In this document: piece after piece, positions 20,503-31,114 of the stretch
Layout: the number at the start of each line of letters is the position of its first letter
Position numbering within the stretch: the first letter of the stretch is position 1
Notes under the pieces: model-generated
Database searches by the model: none
The model's input: the letters and a program-made list of their open reading frames with translations, nothing else
Told to the model about the DNA's origin: nothing
Translations under genes and position numbers: made by a program
NCBI GenBank assembly: GCA_963706595.1
Contig: OY970166.1
Location: forward strand, 1,984,001-2,048,000
From: an uncultured cyanobacterium
GTDB lineage: Bacteria > Cyanobacteriota > Cyanobacteriia > Cyanobacteriales > Nostocaceae
Direction: 5' to 3'
DNA: 64,000 bases

Positions 20503-21321
20503 ATGAGTTCGGAAAATTTAGAATTAATCATTGGGTGGTTGTATCCCACTTTGATGAGTACTTATGGCGATCGCGGGAATGTAATTACTATCCAACGTCG
20601 CGCCCAGTGGCGGGGGTATAATGTCAAGGTGGTAGCACTGGATCAAAATGCCACGGCTGCTGATATTCAAGCTGTAGATATTATAGTGGGTGGTGGCGCA
20701 CAAGACCGTCAACAAGAAATTGTCATGCGTGATTTGCAAGGCGCGAAAGCTGATGCTATGCGTGATCAAATTGAAAATGGCACACCGGGAGTATTTACCT
20801 GTGGTTCCCCCCAACTGCTAGGAAAATATTATGAACCTGCTTTGGGACAACGGATTGAAGGTTTAGGTATCCTCGATTTAGTCTCTGTGCATCCTGGTGA
20901 AAATACTAAGCGCTGTATTGGTAACTTGGTAATTGAAGTTACAGCTTCTCGTCTGGCGCAGGAACTAGAAGAGATGACGGGGAGTAAACCTTATTTAGTC
21001 GGTTTTGAAAATCACGGTGGACGCACCAAGTTAGGTAAGGTAGAAGCCTTGGGGCGTGTAGTCTATGGTTTGGGTAATAATGGTGAAGATGGTACTGAGG
21101 GAGCATTTTATCAGAATGCGATCGCCACTTATTCCCACGGTCCGCTATTACCAAAAAATCCTTTCGTCGCTGACTGGTTAATTCAAACAGCGTTGCGGCT
21201 AAAGTATCAGCAAGCGATCGCTTTATCACCCTTAGATGATAGTCTAGCTTTACAAGCGCGATCGGCAATGTTAAAGCGGTTAAAAATCAGTTTACCAAAT
21301 CCCGCCATAGCCAAAGTTTAG
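20503..21321 (+). CDS. GatD/CobQ-like type 1 glutamine amidotransferase
   Basis: YGDRGN, GGGAQD, TCGSPQLLG (catalytic Cys), GFENHGG, TYSHGPLLPKNP. Confidence 0.85.
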   Translation: MSSENLELIIGWLYPTLMSTYGDRGNVITIQRRAQWRGYNVKVVALDQNATAADIQAVDIIVGGGAQDRQQEIVMRDLQGAKADAMRDQIENGTPGVFTCGSPQLLGKYYEPALGQRIEGLGILDLVSVHPGENTKRCIGNLVIEVTASRLAQELEEMTGSKPYLVGFENHGGRTKLGKVEALGRVVYGLGNNGEDGTEGAFYQNAIATYSHGPLLPKNPFVADWLIQTALRLKYQQAIALSPLDDSLALQARSAMLKRLKISLPNPAIAKV

Positions 21322-21323
21322 CA

Positions 21324-21413
21324 ATAGCTGGGGAGTGGGGAGTAGGGTAAAAACCTTTCGGTGTCTAACTTTTATGATCAGTTTATGTCCTAACCTCCTT
21401 GGCGGTTGCTATA
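21324..21413 (-). mobile_element. Short MITE-like element (ATAGC...GCTAT ends)
   Basis: Reverse complement ATATAGCAACCGCCAAGGAGGTTAGGACATAAACTGATCATAAAA... aligns with 28503-28607. Confidence 0.6.
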
Positions 21414-21465
21414 TCAATAAAAAACTCCCCTCCTCGCTTGCGGGGAGGGGTTGGGGGTGAGGTTC

Positions 21466-23256
21466 TTACCGTTTAGCGAACTTTTTGCTAACTTTCCGCA
21501 AACGAATCGAGTCAGGTGTAACTTCCACCAATTCATCAGGACCAATGTATTCCAAAGCCCGTTCTAAACTCATGTCTATTGGTGTTTGCAATTGTACCAA
21601 TTCCTCTCCACCAGAAGCACGGTGATTGGTTAACTGCTTCGTCTTACAGACATTCAATTCCAAATCTTGAGGACGATTATGTTCTCCGATAATCATGCCT
21701 TTATAGACTTTAGTACCTGGAGTGATAAAGAATGCGCCTCTATCTTCCGAGTTTTTCATGGCGTAGAAAGTCGAAACACCTTCTTCAAAAGCAATGAGAA
21801 CGCCTTTGTTCCGGGCTTCAATATCACCAGAGAGGGGACGATAATCATGGAAACTGTGGTTCATGATTCCTTCACCACGAGTCATCCGCATGAATTCACC
21901 CCGGAAACCAATCAAACCACGGGCGGGAATAATAAACTCTAATAGAGTGCGTCCATTCCCAATCACTTGCATATCTTGCATTTCGCCTTTGCGTTGTCCC
22001 AGGCGTTCAATACAACTACCAACACCGTCTTCGGGAGTATCCAACGCTAGGAGTTCAAAAGGTTCGCAAGGTTGACCGTTGATTTCGCGGTAAATTACTT
22101 GTGGTTGAGATACTTGGAACTCGAAACCTTCTCGGCGCATGGTTTCAATTAAGATACCCAAGTGCAATTCACCACGACCGCAAACTTGGAATTTATCGGG
22201 AGAGTCAGTTTCTTCGACTCGAAGGGCGACGTTAGTTTCTAATTCACGGAATAGGCGATCGCGTACTTGTCTTGATGTTACCAGTTTACCTTCCTGACCA
22301 GCAAAGGGTGAATCATTTACCCAGAAGGTCATTTGTAAAGTGGGTTCATCCACCTTAATTAGTGGTAAAGCTTGGGGTTCGTTGGGGTCAGTAATCGTTT
22401 CCCCAATATAAGCATCAGCGAAACCAGCCACAGCCACAATATATCCGGCGGTGGCTTCTTCCATATCCACCCGCTTCAGTCCTTCAAATCCCATCAATTT
22501 GGTAATTTTGGACTTGACAATTGTACCATTTTCTGTTACTAGAGCCGCTTGCTGTCCAGCCCGAATAGTACCGTTGTGGATTCTACCAATCACAATCCGT
22601 CCCAGATATTCAGAATAATCTAAGGTGGTGACTTGTAATTGCAGGGGCTTGTTGATGTCGCCCACAGGAGGTGGAACGTGTTGCAGAATCGCATTAAACA
22701 GGGGCTGCATATCTACCGATTCTGCTTCCAAGCTTTCCTTGGCGAAACCGGACATACCGGAAGCAAACAGGTAGGTAAAATCACACTGGTCTTCATCTGC
22801 GCCTAATTCGAGGAACAGATCCAAAACCTTATCAACAGCAACGTGCGGGTCAGTTTGGCCGCGATCAATTTTGTTGATCACAACGATGGGGCGCAGTCCT
22901 TTTTCCAGAGCTTTTTTCAAGACAAAGCGCGTCTGGGGCATAGGGCCTTCGTTAGCATCTACAATCAATAGACAACCATCAACCATTCCTAGTACCCGTT
23001 CAACTTCGCCGCCGAAGTCAGCGTGTCCAGGGGTATCAACAATATTGATCAGCGTTTCTTTGTAACGAACGGCTGTATTTTTCGAGAGAATTGTAATACC
23101 CCGCTCCCGTTCTAGGGTGTTGGAATCCATGACACAATCCGGAACGTCTTCACCTTCTCGGAAAATACCAGATTGTTTGAGGAGCGCATCAACCAGGGTA
23201 GTTTTGCCGTGGTCAACGTGGGCGATAATGGCGACGTTGCGAATTGGGAGCGTCAT
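21466..23256 (-). CDS. typA: Translational GTPase TypA/BipA
   Basis: [37 protein letters not shown]. Confidence 0.97.
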   Translation of the reverse strand: MTLPIRNVAIIAHVDHGKTTLVDALLKQSGIFREGEDVPDCVMDSNTLERERGITILSKNTAVRYKETLINIVDTPGHADFGGEVERVLGMVDGCLLIVDANEGPMPQTRFVLKKALEKGLRPIVVINKIDRGQTDPHVAVDKVLDLFLELGADEDQCDFTYLFASGMSGFAKESLEAESVDMQPLFNAILQHVPPPVGDINKPLQLQVTTLDYSEYLGRIVIGRIHNGTIRAGQQAALVTENGTIVKSKITKLMGFEGLKRVDMEEATAGYIVAVAGFADAYIGETITDPNEPQALPLIKVDEPTLQMTFWVNDSPFAGQEGKLVTSRQVRDRLFRELETNVALRVEETDSPDKFQVCGRGELHLGILIETMRREGFEFQVSQPQVIYREINGQPCEPFELLALDTPEDGVGSCIERLGQRKGEMQDMQVIGNGRTLLEFIIPARGLIGFRGEFMRMTRGEGIMNHSFHDYRPLSGDIEARNKGVLIAFEEGVSTFYAMKNSEDRGAFFITPGTKVYKGMIIGEHNRPQDLELNVCKTKQLTNHRASGGEELVQLQTPIDMSLERALEYIGPDELVEVTPDSIRLRKVSKKFAKR

Positions 23257-23489
23257 AGGAGCTTTTAGTGAACTCAAGAGGGGGTTTTCAGATTCAATTT
23301 TAAATGCTGAGTTGCTTTAACAGAATTGTTTATGATTAGCAATTTCTGTAAAGAACCTTTAACAATTCTAGCGTAATCTACACAATTCCGGGGGGTTTTC
23401 TTGAGGCTATCCCAGAATAAATATTTTTTTTGAGCATTTTTTCTATAAACGTGTCACAATTAACACCAATTTTGTAAATTTAGTGAATC

Positions 23490-24827
23490 ATGGCTTGGGT
23501 ATCAGGACAGCAATTGCAGGGTGGTAAATACGTCATTGAGCAAGAATTAGGCGAAGGTGGATTTGGGATAACTTATCGTGCTAAAGATAATAATGGGCGA
23601 TTGGTTGTAATTAAAACCTTGAATGAGCAAGTGCAACGCCGTCCTGATTTTGCCAAGTTTCAGCAAGATTTTTTAAATGAAGCCATCAAATTAGCTAAAT
23701 GCAGTCATCCTCATATTGTGCGGATGGATGAAGTGATTCATGAGGATGTACTGTGGTGCATGGTGATGGAATATATTGATGGGGAAGATTTAGCCAGTCG
23801 GGTTGAAAATCAAGGTGTTTTATCGGAAGCCGAAGCATTACGCTACATTCAGCAAATTGGCGAAGCTTTGATAGTAGTTCATAATAATGGCTTACTGCAT
23901 AGGGATATCAAACCACAAAATATTATGTTGCGTGCTGGTAAATCAGAAGCAGTGTTAATTGATTTTGGCATAGCGCGGGAATTTAGCCCAAACTTGACAC
24001 AGACGCATACAGAACTTTTATCTCTTGGTTTTTCGCCAATTGAGCAATATGATAAGCGAGCAAAACGAGGTGCTTACACAGATGTTTATGCCTTAGCTGC
24101 AACCCTCTATTCTGTGTTAACGGGAGAAGTTCCTACAATGTCTCCCATTCGGGCAATTGGTACGCAATTAATAGCACCAAAAGAAATTAATTCTAGTATT
24201 AGCGATCGCCTAAATCAAGCAATTCTCCAGGGAATGGAAGTAAAACCAGAAAATCGCCCTCAGTCAGTACAGGAATGGCTGAAATTGTTAGATTTGAATC
24301 CCACAATTCCTGCTATACCATCATCAACACAAACTACTTCAGTTCCATTAATTTCATCGCTGAACTTTGATTATTATAAGCTGCAAAATTTACTGGCAGA
24401 TGGTAACTGGATAGCTGCAAATATAGAAACTAGCAATCTCCTGGTTTCTATAGCTTGTCCCAGAAAGGGACGCTGGCTTGACTCGGAATCAATAAAAAGA
24501 ATTCCCTGTGAAGATTTACGTATAATTGATCAACTTTGGATACACTACAGCAATGGACTTTTTGGCTTTAGTGTGCAAAATCTTATTTGGCAGCGTGTGA
24601 AAGGAAATGTCAATGAATTTGGTAATAGTGTGGGTTGGCGTGTGAATAAATCATGGATTAAATACTCTCAATTTACCTTCAGTCTTGATGCTTCAAAAGG
24701 ACATTTACCAGCATATCTAGAATTTTTAGGCTTTGTATGGAAGTCAGGGTGGTTTGGTGATTATTGGGATGGTGATCTGAGTCGAGTATATGCTTTAGCC
24801 TCAAGAGTGAAACAGTGTAATCTTTAA
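23490..24827 (+). CDS. Ser/Thr protein kinase with C-terminal GUN4 domain
   Basis: GEGGFG, HRDIKPQN, DFG; C-terminal IPCEDLRIIDQLW..YSNGLFGFSVQ...GHLP (GUN4). Confidence 0.9.
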   Translation: MAWVSGQQLQGGKYVIEQELGEGGFGITYRAKDNNGRLVVIKTLNEQVQRRPDFAKFQQDFLNEAIKLAKCSHPHIVRMDEVIHEDVLWCMVMEYIDGEDLASRVENQGVLSEAEALRYIQQIGEALIVVHNNGLLHRDIKPQNIMLRAGKSEAVLIDFGIAREFSPNLTQTHTELLSLGFSPIEQYDKRAKRGAYTDVYALAATLYSVLTGEVPTMSPIRAIGTQLIAPKEINSSISDRLNQAILQGMEVKPENRPQSVQEWLKLLDLNPTIPAIPSSTQTTSVPLISSLNFDYYKLQNLLADGNWIAANIETSNLLVSIACPRKGRWLDSESIKRIPCEDLRIIDQLWIHYSNGLFGFSVQNLIWQRVKGNVNEFGNSVGWRVNKSWIKYSQFTFSLDASKGHLPAYLEFLGFVWKSGWFGDYWDGDLSRVYALASRVKQCNL

Positions 24828-24872
24828 TCCTTTTATTTTTTGATTCCTCTAAACCATTAAATATAAGCTTTA

Positions 24873-25442
24873 TTATCTCACCTTTAACCAACTAAAAATA
24901 TCTGTTGGTTGTAACTGCCAATCTGTTAACACATCGAGAACAGGTAATATATCATTATTGTATTTAACTTCAGGTAATTGATGCGGTTGAAATACCATCA
25001 CCGATTTATCATTAGGGTCAATAAACCAACCTAATTTAGTCCCCTGGTTAATACAAAAAATAATTTTATTAATTACATGATTAGGAGATTGATCAGGTGA
25101 TAAAATTTCAATAGTCCAATCTGGATAACTTTCAAACCTATTGGCAATTTCTCCATCTGGATCAGTGGGGATACGTGACCACTCAAACACAGCAATATCT
25201 GGAACTAAAGAACGTCCCCCAAAAGTGCAGCGTAACTCGGTTAATGCTAAAGCTTTTTGCTGGGGTTCACCCACCTGATTGATATTAGTTGATAAACAAG
25301 TTTGGATTCTGCTATGTTTTCCCTGGGGCATTGGTTTTTGATAGATGCTGCCGTTGATATATTCACTAGCTGGTTTAGTTTCTGGTAATTGCAGAAATTC
25401 TGTCAGAGAAAGCTGGGAATTTACCTGAGTCGAAAGTACCAT
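24873..25442 (-). CDS. Uma2 family endonuclease
   Basis: KPASEYING, VPDIAV, PDWTIEILSP. Confidence 0.9.
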   Translation of the reverse strand: MVLSTQVNSQLSLTEFLQLPETKPASEYINGSIYQKPMPQGKHSRIQTCLSTNINQVGEPQQKALALTELRCTFGGRSLVPDIAVFEWSRIPTDPDGEIANRFESYPDWTIEILSPDQSPNHVINKIIFCINQGTKLGWFIDPNDKSVMVFQPHQLPEVKYNNDILPVLDVLTDWQLQPTDIFSWLKVR

Positions 25443-25555
25443 CAGCAAATACTCCTAAAATATAAAAATATGGTAATTTAGCTCGTAATAATTGCTCTTA
25501 GCCCTTAATTCAGGACTAAAGTCCTGACTACAAACCTTTAATTATTTACGACCAC

Positions 25556-26131
25556 TTACAGTAATATTTTTAAAGGCTGCGTAAACCCTGGGACAACATC
25601 TTCACCATTCAAAATTGCTGTAGCTGGATACTGAGTAATTGACCCATCCCGACGATAAACCAAAGCTTGCTGATTTTGACGGTCAATCAACCATGCTAAC
25701 TGCACACCATTGGTAATATATTCTGACATCTTGGCTTTAAGTTTCACCAAACTGTCATTTTTAGAACGAATTTCAATCACAAAATCAGGCGCTAAATTAA
25801 TAAAAGCGTCCTCTTGCTGATCCCAATTTTCTGGTAAACGTCCTTTCGCCACAAAAGCAGCATCAGGCGATCGCACTGCCGTATTTGGTAATCTAAAACC
25901 TGTACTTGGTCCAAAAACCTCACCTAAATCTTGACTTTCCACCCAAAACAACAAATAAGCGCCTGCTTTTATTTCGCGATTTCCAGAAATTCCCCCAGTT
26001 GGTGGCATAGTTTCTAAAGTTCCATCAGCATTGCGTTCAAACCGCAGTTCTGGGTTTTGCGAACTCATCAACATCAATTCTTCATCAGTGACAGCATAAC
26101 AAGACTGCACCGTTACTTTTTCACTGTTCAT
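25556..26131 (-). CDS. Uma2 family endonuclease
   Basis: MPPTGG, RSPDAAFV, APDFVIEIRS. Confidence 0.9.
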   Translation of the reverse strand: MNSEKVTVQSCYAVTDEELMLMSSQNPELRFERNADGTLETMPPTGGISGNREIKAGAYLLFWVESQDLGEVFGPSTGFRLPNTAVRSPDAAFVAKGRLPENWDQQEDAFINLAPDFVIEIRSKNDSLVKLKAKMSEYITNGVQLAWLIDRQNQQALVYRRDGSITQYPATAILNGEDVVPGFTQPLKILL

Positions 26132-26260
26132 GATGATGCCAACTGGAATGACACCTTTATTTTAGTAGGTATACCCGCTATAATCTTTCTCTCTTCCTTT
26201 GCGTCCTCTGCGCCTTGGCGGTTCGTTTTAAAATAGACCTAAACACCAGCGCATAAAAAA

Positions 26261-26833
26261 ATGCTCACAGAACGCTTCACCGCAGCCTTAAGCTACGCCA
26301 CCCAACTCCACGCCAAACAAGTGCGTAAAGGCTCAGGAGTCCCCTACATTGCCCATTTATTAGGTGCTGCCAGTATTGCTTTAGAATATGGAGCAAACGA
26401 AGATGAGGCGATCGCAGCCCTTTTACATGATGCCATAGAAGACCAAGGAGGTGATGCCACACGAGTAGAAATTCGCCGCCGCTTTGGAGACAATGTAACA
26501 GATATTGTCGATGGTTGTACGGATGCCGACACCACACCCAAACCACCTTGGCGACAGCGCAAAGAAGCTTATATTGCTCACATTGCCACCGCCTCACCCT
26601 CAGTATTACTGGTATCAGCTGCTGATAAACTGTACAATGCCCAGTCAATTCTCAAAGATTATCGCGTCTTAGGCGAATCATTTTGGGAACGCTTTCATGG
26701 AGGTAGAGAAGGAACCCTTTGGTATTATCGCGCCCTTGTAGATGCCTTTACCAAGAGGGGAAATACTCCCCTAGTTCAAGAATTAGAACGAGTGGTGAGA
26801 GAAATCGAACGACAAACGGCTAATAAAAAATGA
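26261..26833 (+). CDS. HD-domain hydrolase (Mesh1/SpoT hydrolase-like)
   Basis: H..Q.RKG...PYIAHL, AALLHDAIED, ADKLYNA. Confidence 0.85.
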   Translation: MLTERFTAALSYATQLHAKQVRKGSGVPYIAHLLGAASIALEYGANEDEAIAALLHDAIEDQGGDATRVEIRRRFGDNVTDIVDGCTDADTTPKPPWRQRKEAYIAHIATASPSVLLVSAADKLYNAQSILKDYRVLGESFWERFHGGREGTLWYYRALVDAFTKRGNTPLVQELERVVREIERQTANKK

Positions 26834-26917
26834 AGGCTGAAGGCGGAAAAAATCCATACTTCAAACTTCATCATTTTTCGATATCAAATTGTCACTGCAA
26901 AAACAGTATTGTCTTTG

Positions 26918-27934
26918 TTAGCGGAACATACTACTTACTGAAGTATCTTCGTGAATCCGCCAGATGGTTTCACCTAACAGATTAGCGACTGAAAGCACCA
27001 CTAATTCCGGAAAGCGATCGCATTCTGGTATAGGTATCGTATTGGTAACAATGACTTCCTCAAACAAGCCACTTGACAAACGCTCCTTTGCAGGTGGCGA
27101 AAACACAGCATGAGTTGCACAAGCATATACCTGACTTGCACCTTCTCGACGCAGCAACCTTGCGCCTTCGCTAATTGTGCCGCCAGTATCAATCATGTCA
27201 TCCACCAAAATGGCTGTTTTACCCTTCACATCACCGATGACGTTCATCACTTCAGCCACATTATGAGCTTGACGACGTTTATCGATAATAGCCAACGGCG
27301 CATCATTCAGCTTTTTAGCAAACGCTCTAGCGCGTGCGACACCGCCGACATCGGGAGAAACAACCACAACATCAGACAGTTGTTTACTAGCCAGATAATC
27401 GAAAATTACTGGCGAACCGTAAACATGATCAAAAGGTATATCAAAATAACCTTGAATTTGCGCCGAGTGCAAATCCATAGCCAAAACCCGACTAGCTCCG
27501 GCTTTAGCAATCAGGTTAGCCACCAATTTGGCGGTAATTGACTCGCGTCCTGCCGTTTTGCGGTCAGCGCGGGCATAGCCATAATAGGGAATTACTGCTG
27601 TTACCTGTCGTGCAGAAGCCCGACGACAAGCATCAACCATAATCAGCAATTCCATCAAGTGGTCATTAACAGGTTGACAAGTTGGTTGGATTAAATAAAC
27701 ATCACAACCCCGAATTGATTCTTGAATTTGAACGTATAGTTCTCCATCCGCGAACCTTTTGCGAATCATTGGACCCAAGTCCATACCCAGGTAACGAGCG
27801 ACTTCTTGAGACAGTGGGACATTGGCAGAGCCAGAAAATAGCCGCAGGCGATGATTTTCCGTCACTCCTGTGGCGGCTGGTTGCACCTTTAAACTTGCAG
27901 AACTCAGCACAGCAGAACCTCGATGTGCATTCAT
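26918..27934 (-). CDS. prs: Ribose-phosphate pyrophosphokinase
   Basis: FADGE, PYYGYARADRK, DLHSAQIQGYF, VSPDVGG, VDDMIDTGGT. Confidence 0.96.
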   Translation of the reverse strand: MNAHRGSAVLSSASLKVQPAATGVTENHRLRLFSGSANVPLSQEVARYLGMDLGPMIRKRFADGELYVQIQESIRGCDVYLIQPTCQPVNDHLMELLIMVDACRRASARQVTAVIPYYGYARADRKTAGRESITAKLVANLIAKAGASRVLAMDLHSAQIQGYFDIPFDHVYGSPVIFDYLASKQLSDVVVVSPDVGGVARARAFAKKLNDAPLAIIDKRRQAHNVAEVMNVIGDVKGKTAILVDDMIDTGGTISEGARLLRREGASQVYACATHAVFSPPAKERLSSGLFEEVIVTNTIPIPECDRFPELVVLSVANLLGETIWRIHEDTSVSSMFR

Positions 27935-28502
27935 GGCAATATTATCATTAGATATTTAGCAGATTTAACTGAAATGGCCTAAAAAAAACATCTGTGAGTT
28001 TTTTTAAAGCTTTCATAAAAACTTTAAACATTTCTCAATATAATTATTTTGGCTCATGTTGTAGTCCTTTTGGTGAACAAACCATTGTTGGGACAAAAAC
28101 AGTAGCAACACTGGCGCATAAATTCTTCAAGGAAAGTTGAACATTTACTCAATACTCTATGATACTAGCTGCAAAATTATAAACTAGCAGACTAGATTTT
28201 CGATAGTAAATTATCTCAAAAATTATCGGGTGTGGCAAATTTAGCTCGCGTGAGTTGTGATGGGTGAGGGCTGATGCTATCTCTACATGGTAGTTTTTAG
28301 ATATCGGCTCTTGACTAAGAAAGGCACAAAAAAGGCTGAAATTAATCGTCCGCAGCTAGTTAGGGAATTGCTCTCACGGTCAATTTTAGTCATTTTTTAC
28401 ACATAATTACTGATAAAACAGGGGAAAAATAGAGTTAAATAAGTCTTAAAAGCCTTACTTAGCACGTACTAACACGGAATTTATTACCTCCCGGCTGGGA
28501 CT

Positions 28503-28607
28503 TATAGCAACGGCCAAGGTGCTGAGGACAAAAACAGACCATAAAACCCTTGTAATTAAGGAGTTTTAAGCCTGCTCCCTGCTTCCCTGCCCTTGCCCCC
28601 TGCTATA
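28503..28607 (+). mobile_element. Short MITE-like element (TATAGC...GCTATA), sister of 21324-21413
   Basis: TATAGCAACGGCCAAGGTGCTGAGGACAAAAACAGACCATAAAA... ending in a heptamer tract plus GCTATA. Confidence 0.6.
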
Positions 28608-28654
28608 TCTTTGTAAGTGGCTTTTGCTCCAGTTGCTATTACAGTTCATTAATC

Positions 28655-30307
28655 ATGCAAGCACCCATTACAGTTGGTTCTATTCTGCAAGACCGTTATC
28701 GAATTATCCAAATTCTCGGAGAAGGAGGATCTGGCAGAACCTATTTGACAGAAGACCAGCGACGCTTTAACGAACTTTGCGCGGTCAAAGAATTTATTTC
28801 CCCCACAGGGGCTGATGCTTGGGAGAAAGCACAAGCACTTTTCCAGGAAGAAGCTGCTATTTTATATCAAATAGAGCATTCACAAGTGCCGAAATTTCGG
28901 GAAAAATTTGAGCAATATCAACGCTTATTTTTAGTGGAGGACTACGTTGCTGGTAAGACTTACCGGACTCTGCTGAGTGAGCGTCTAGCTGCTGGTCAAA
29001 CTTTTACTGAGGCAGAAGTATGGCAATTAATTGGCTCTTTGCTGCCAGTTTTAGAGCATATTCATAGTCGCGGGATTATTCACCGGGATATCTCACCGGA
29101 AAATATTATTTTGCGCGCTGGCGATACTCAGCCAGTGTTAATTGGCTTTGGAGTGGTGAAGGAATTAGGAACGCGGTTACAGTCTCCAGATAGCACAACG
29201 CCAATTACCAATGTGGGTAAATTAGGTTTTGCGCCTCCTGAACAAATGCAAACAGGGCAAGCTTACCCTCATAGTGATTTGTATGCACTAGCGGTGACAG
29301 GGATAGTTTTGTTGACTGGTAAAGAACCAACTGATTTATTTGATGTCACCCAACTAACTTGGAATTGGCAAGAGTGGGTGAAGGTGAATGCACAATTTGC
29401 CCAAGTTATGAATAAAATGTTAAGTCATTTACCAGGCGATCGCTTCCAGAATGCGGCTGATGTCATCCAAGCATTACAGATTCTGCAAAAACCCAGTGTT
29501 TCTACTCCAGAATTGTCCCAAGTCCAAACCATTGCGGTTGGTCGTCGCCCCAACTCAATCACACCGCCAGTTTCACCCCGCAAACTTGAGCCAGTAATTT
29601 CACCCAGTCGCTCTAGCTCGATTTTAGATAGTCCATTAGCTCTTGGGGCTATTGGTAGTGCAGTGGTAATTTTAGCCGGAGTCGGTTCTTGGGCTTTGGT
29701 AAGTTCTATCCGCAGTCAGCAAAATACACCACCAGAAATCACACTTCTAGAAACTTTTCCTTCCCCCATTGTGACTGGTGAGAAAACACCTACACCAGAA
29801 ATTACACCAGAAATTACACCAGAAATTACACCAGAAATTACACCAGAAATTACACCAGAAATTACACCCACCAGTGTAGAACCTGTGGTATTTAGTAGAC
29901 GGCTGAACTTGAAAGCATCTGATATGACTACAGTGGAAGAGACTATCAAGAGAAATCAAATCATTCAGTACACATTCTCTGGGGACGAAGGAGCCAAGTT
30001 AACGGCATCTATTGACCAAGCAAGCGGCATTTTGCTCACAATTTTAGATGGAAATCAAGAACCAATTGAGAGTAATGCCCAGCAAGTAACAACATACGAT
30101 GGCATATTGCCGATGACTGGGAGATATATTATTCAGTTAATTCCACAGCCAGAAATTGCCGAAAGTGATTACAGTCTGAATGTGGCATTAGAAAACCCAG
30201 TTATACCAACACCCACACCAACCGAAACACCAATACTACCGCCTATACCTCAACCAAACTTTGGCGAGGAAAATAACACTCCTACTGATAGCACGCCAGG
30301 ATTATAG
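28655..30307 (+). CDS. Membrane Ser/Thr kinase-like protein (GFG in place of DFG) with TM helix and extracytoplasmic domain
   Basis: GEGGSG, AVKE, HRDISPEN, VLIGFG, FAPPEQ; hydrophobic helix LALGAIGSAVVILAGVGSWALV; Pro/Thr-rich linkers. Confidence 0.88.
   Translation: MQAPITVGSILQDRYRIIQILGEGGSGRTYLTEDQRRFNELCAVKEFISPTGADAWEKAQALFQEEAAILYQIEHSQVPKFREKFEQYQRLFLVEDYVAGKTYRTLLSERLAAGQTFTEAEVWQLIGSLLPVLEHIHSRGIIHRDISPENIILRAGDTQPVLIGFGVVKELGTRLQSPDSTTPITNVGKLGFAPPEQMQTGQAYPHSDLYALAVTGIVLLTGKEPTDLFDVTQLTWNWQEWVKVNAQFAQVMNKMLSHLPGDRFQNAADVIQALQILQKPSVSTPELSQVQTIAVGRRPNSITPPVSPRKLEPVISPSRSSSILDSPLALGAIGSAVVILAGVGSWALVSSIRSQQNTPPEITLLETFPSPIVTGEKTPTPEITPEITPEITPEITPEITPEITPTSVEPVVFSRRLNLKASDMTTVEETIKRNQIIQYTFSGDEGAKLTASIDQASGILLTILDGNQEPIESNAQQVTTYDGILPMTGRYIIQLIPQPEIAESDYSLNVALENPVIPTPTPTETPILPPIPQPNFGEENNTPTDSTPGL
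29792..29863 (+). repeat. Coding tandem repeat (ACACCAGAAATT)x6 = (TPEI)x6
   Basis: Six perfect 12-bp units. Confidence 0.95.
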
Positions 30308-30369
30308 TACCTGCGATGTATTATAATTATTAAAAATTGTGCATACTTGAAAAGTAATCACCAAAGAGA

Positions 30370-31047
30370 TTGTTGAACACATTACTGATTACTGGTACTG
30401 ATACGGAGGCTGGCAAAACTGTTTTAACCACAGCGTTGGCAGCCTATTGGCAAAAGTATTATCCGCAGCGTAGCTGGGGAATTATGAAGCCGATTCAATC
30501 GGGGATAGGCGATCGCGAATTATATCAAAAGTTATTTGCCTTAGAGCAATCTGCCCAAGAAATTACACCTTTGTATTTCGCAGCCCCCCTAGCCCCTCCC
30601 ATCGCCGCCGCTAAGGAAAATCGGAGTGTGGATTTGGCGGTGGTATGGCAAGCTTTTTCTAAGTTGCGATCGCAGCGTGATTTTGTTCTAGTAGAAGCTT
30701 TGGGTGGTTTAGGTTCACCCATTACCGATGAGTTGACAGTGGCTGATTTAGCCGGGGAATGGCGTTTACCGACGGTATTGGTAGTCCCAGTCAGATTAGG
30801 TGCGATCGCTCAAGCCGTGGCGAATGTGGCATTGGCTAGGCAATCCAAGGTAAATCTCAAAGGTATTGTTCTTAACTGTGTACAACCCCGTACAGATGCA
30901 GAAATAGCCGACTGGACACCATCAGATTTAATTCAATCTCTGACTCATACGCCAGTTTTAGGTTGTTTGCCTTATTTAGATAATGTGGAAGATTTGGATA
31001 AACTCGCGCAAGTCGCATCAAATCTGGATTGGGAAAGATTAAGCTGA
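30370..31047 (+). CDS. bioD: Dethiobiotin synthase
   Basis: ITGTDTEAGKT, MKPIQSG, VEALGGL; TTG start. Confidence 0.92.
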   Translation: MLNTLLITGTDTEAGKTVLTTALAAYWQKYYPQRSWGIMKPIQSGIGDRELYQKLFALEQSAQEITPLYFAAPLAPPIAAAKENRSVDLAVVWQAFSKLRSQRDFVLVEALGGLGSPITDELTVADLAGEWRLPTVLVVPVRLGAIAQAVANVALARQSKVNLKGIVLNCVQPRTDAEIADWTPSDLIQSLTHTPVLGCLPYLDNVEDLDKLAQVASNLDWERLS

Positions 31048-31114
31048 TGTAGCCTTTGACACGCAAAGTCTCCCCTCTCCTTACCAAGGCTACGGTGTAC
31101 ACACAAATGATGAT

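Noticed and set aside
26261..26833. HD protein as a Cas3 HD nuclease or toxSAS antitoxin
   Set aside because: No cas genes or alarmone synthetase nearby; motifs fit a stand-alone Mesh1-like hydrolase.
29792..29863. Tandem repeats as a CRISPR array (also 32826-33062 and the heptamer tracts)
   Set aside because: Units are contiguous with no unique spacers, and there are no cas genes.
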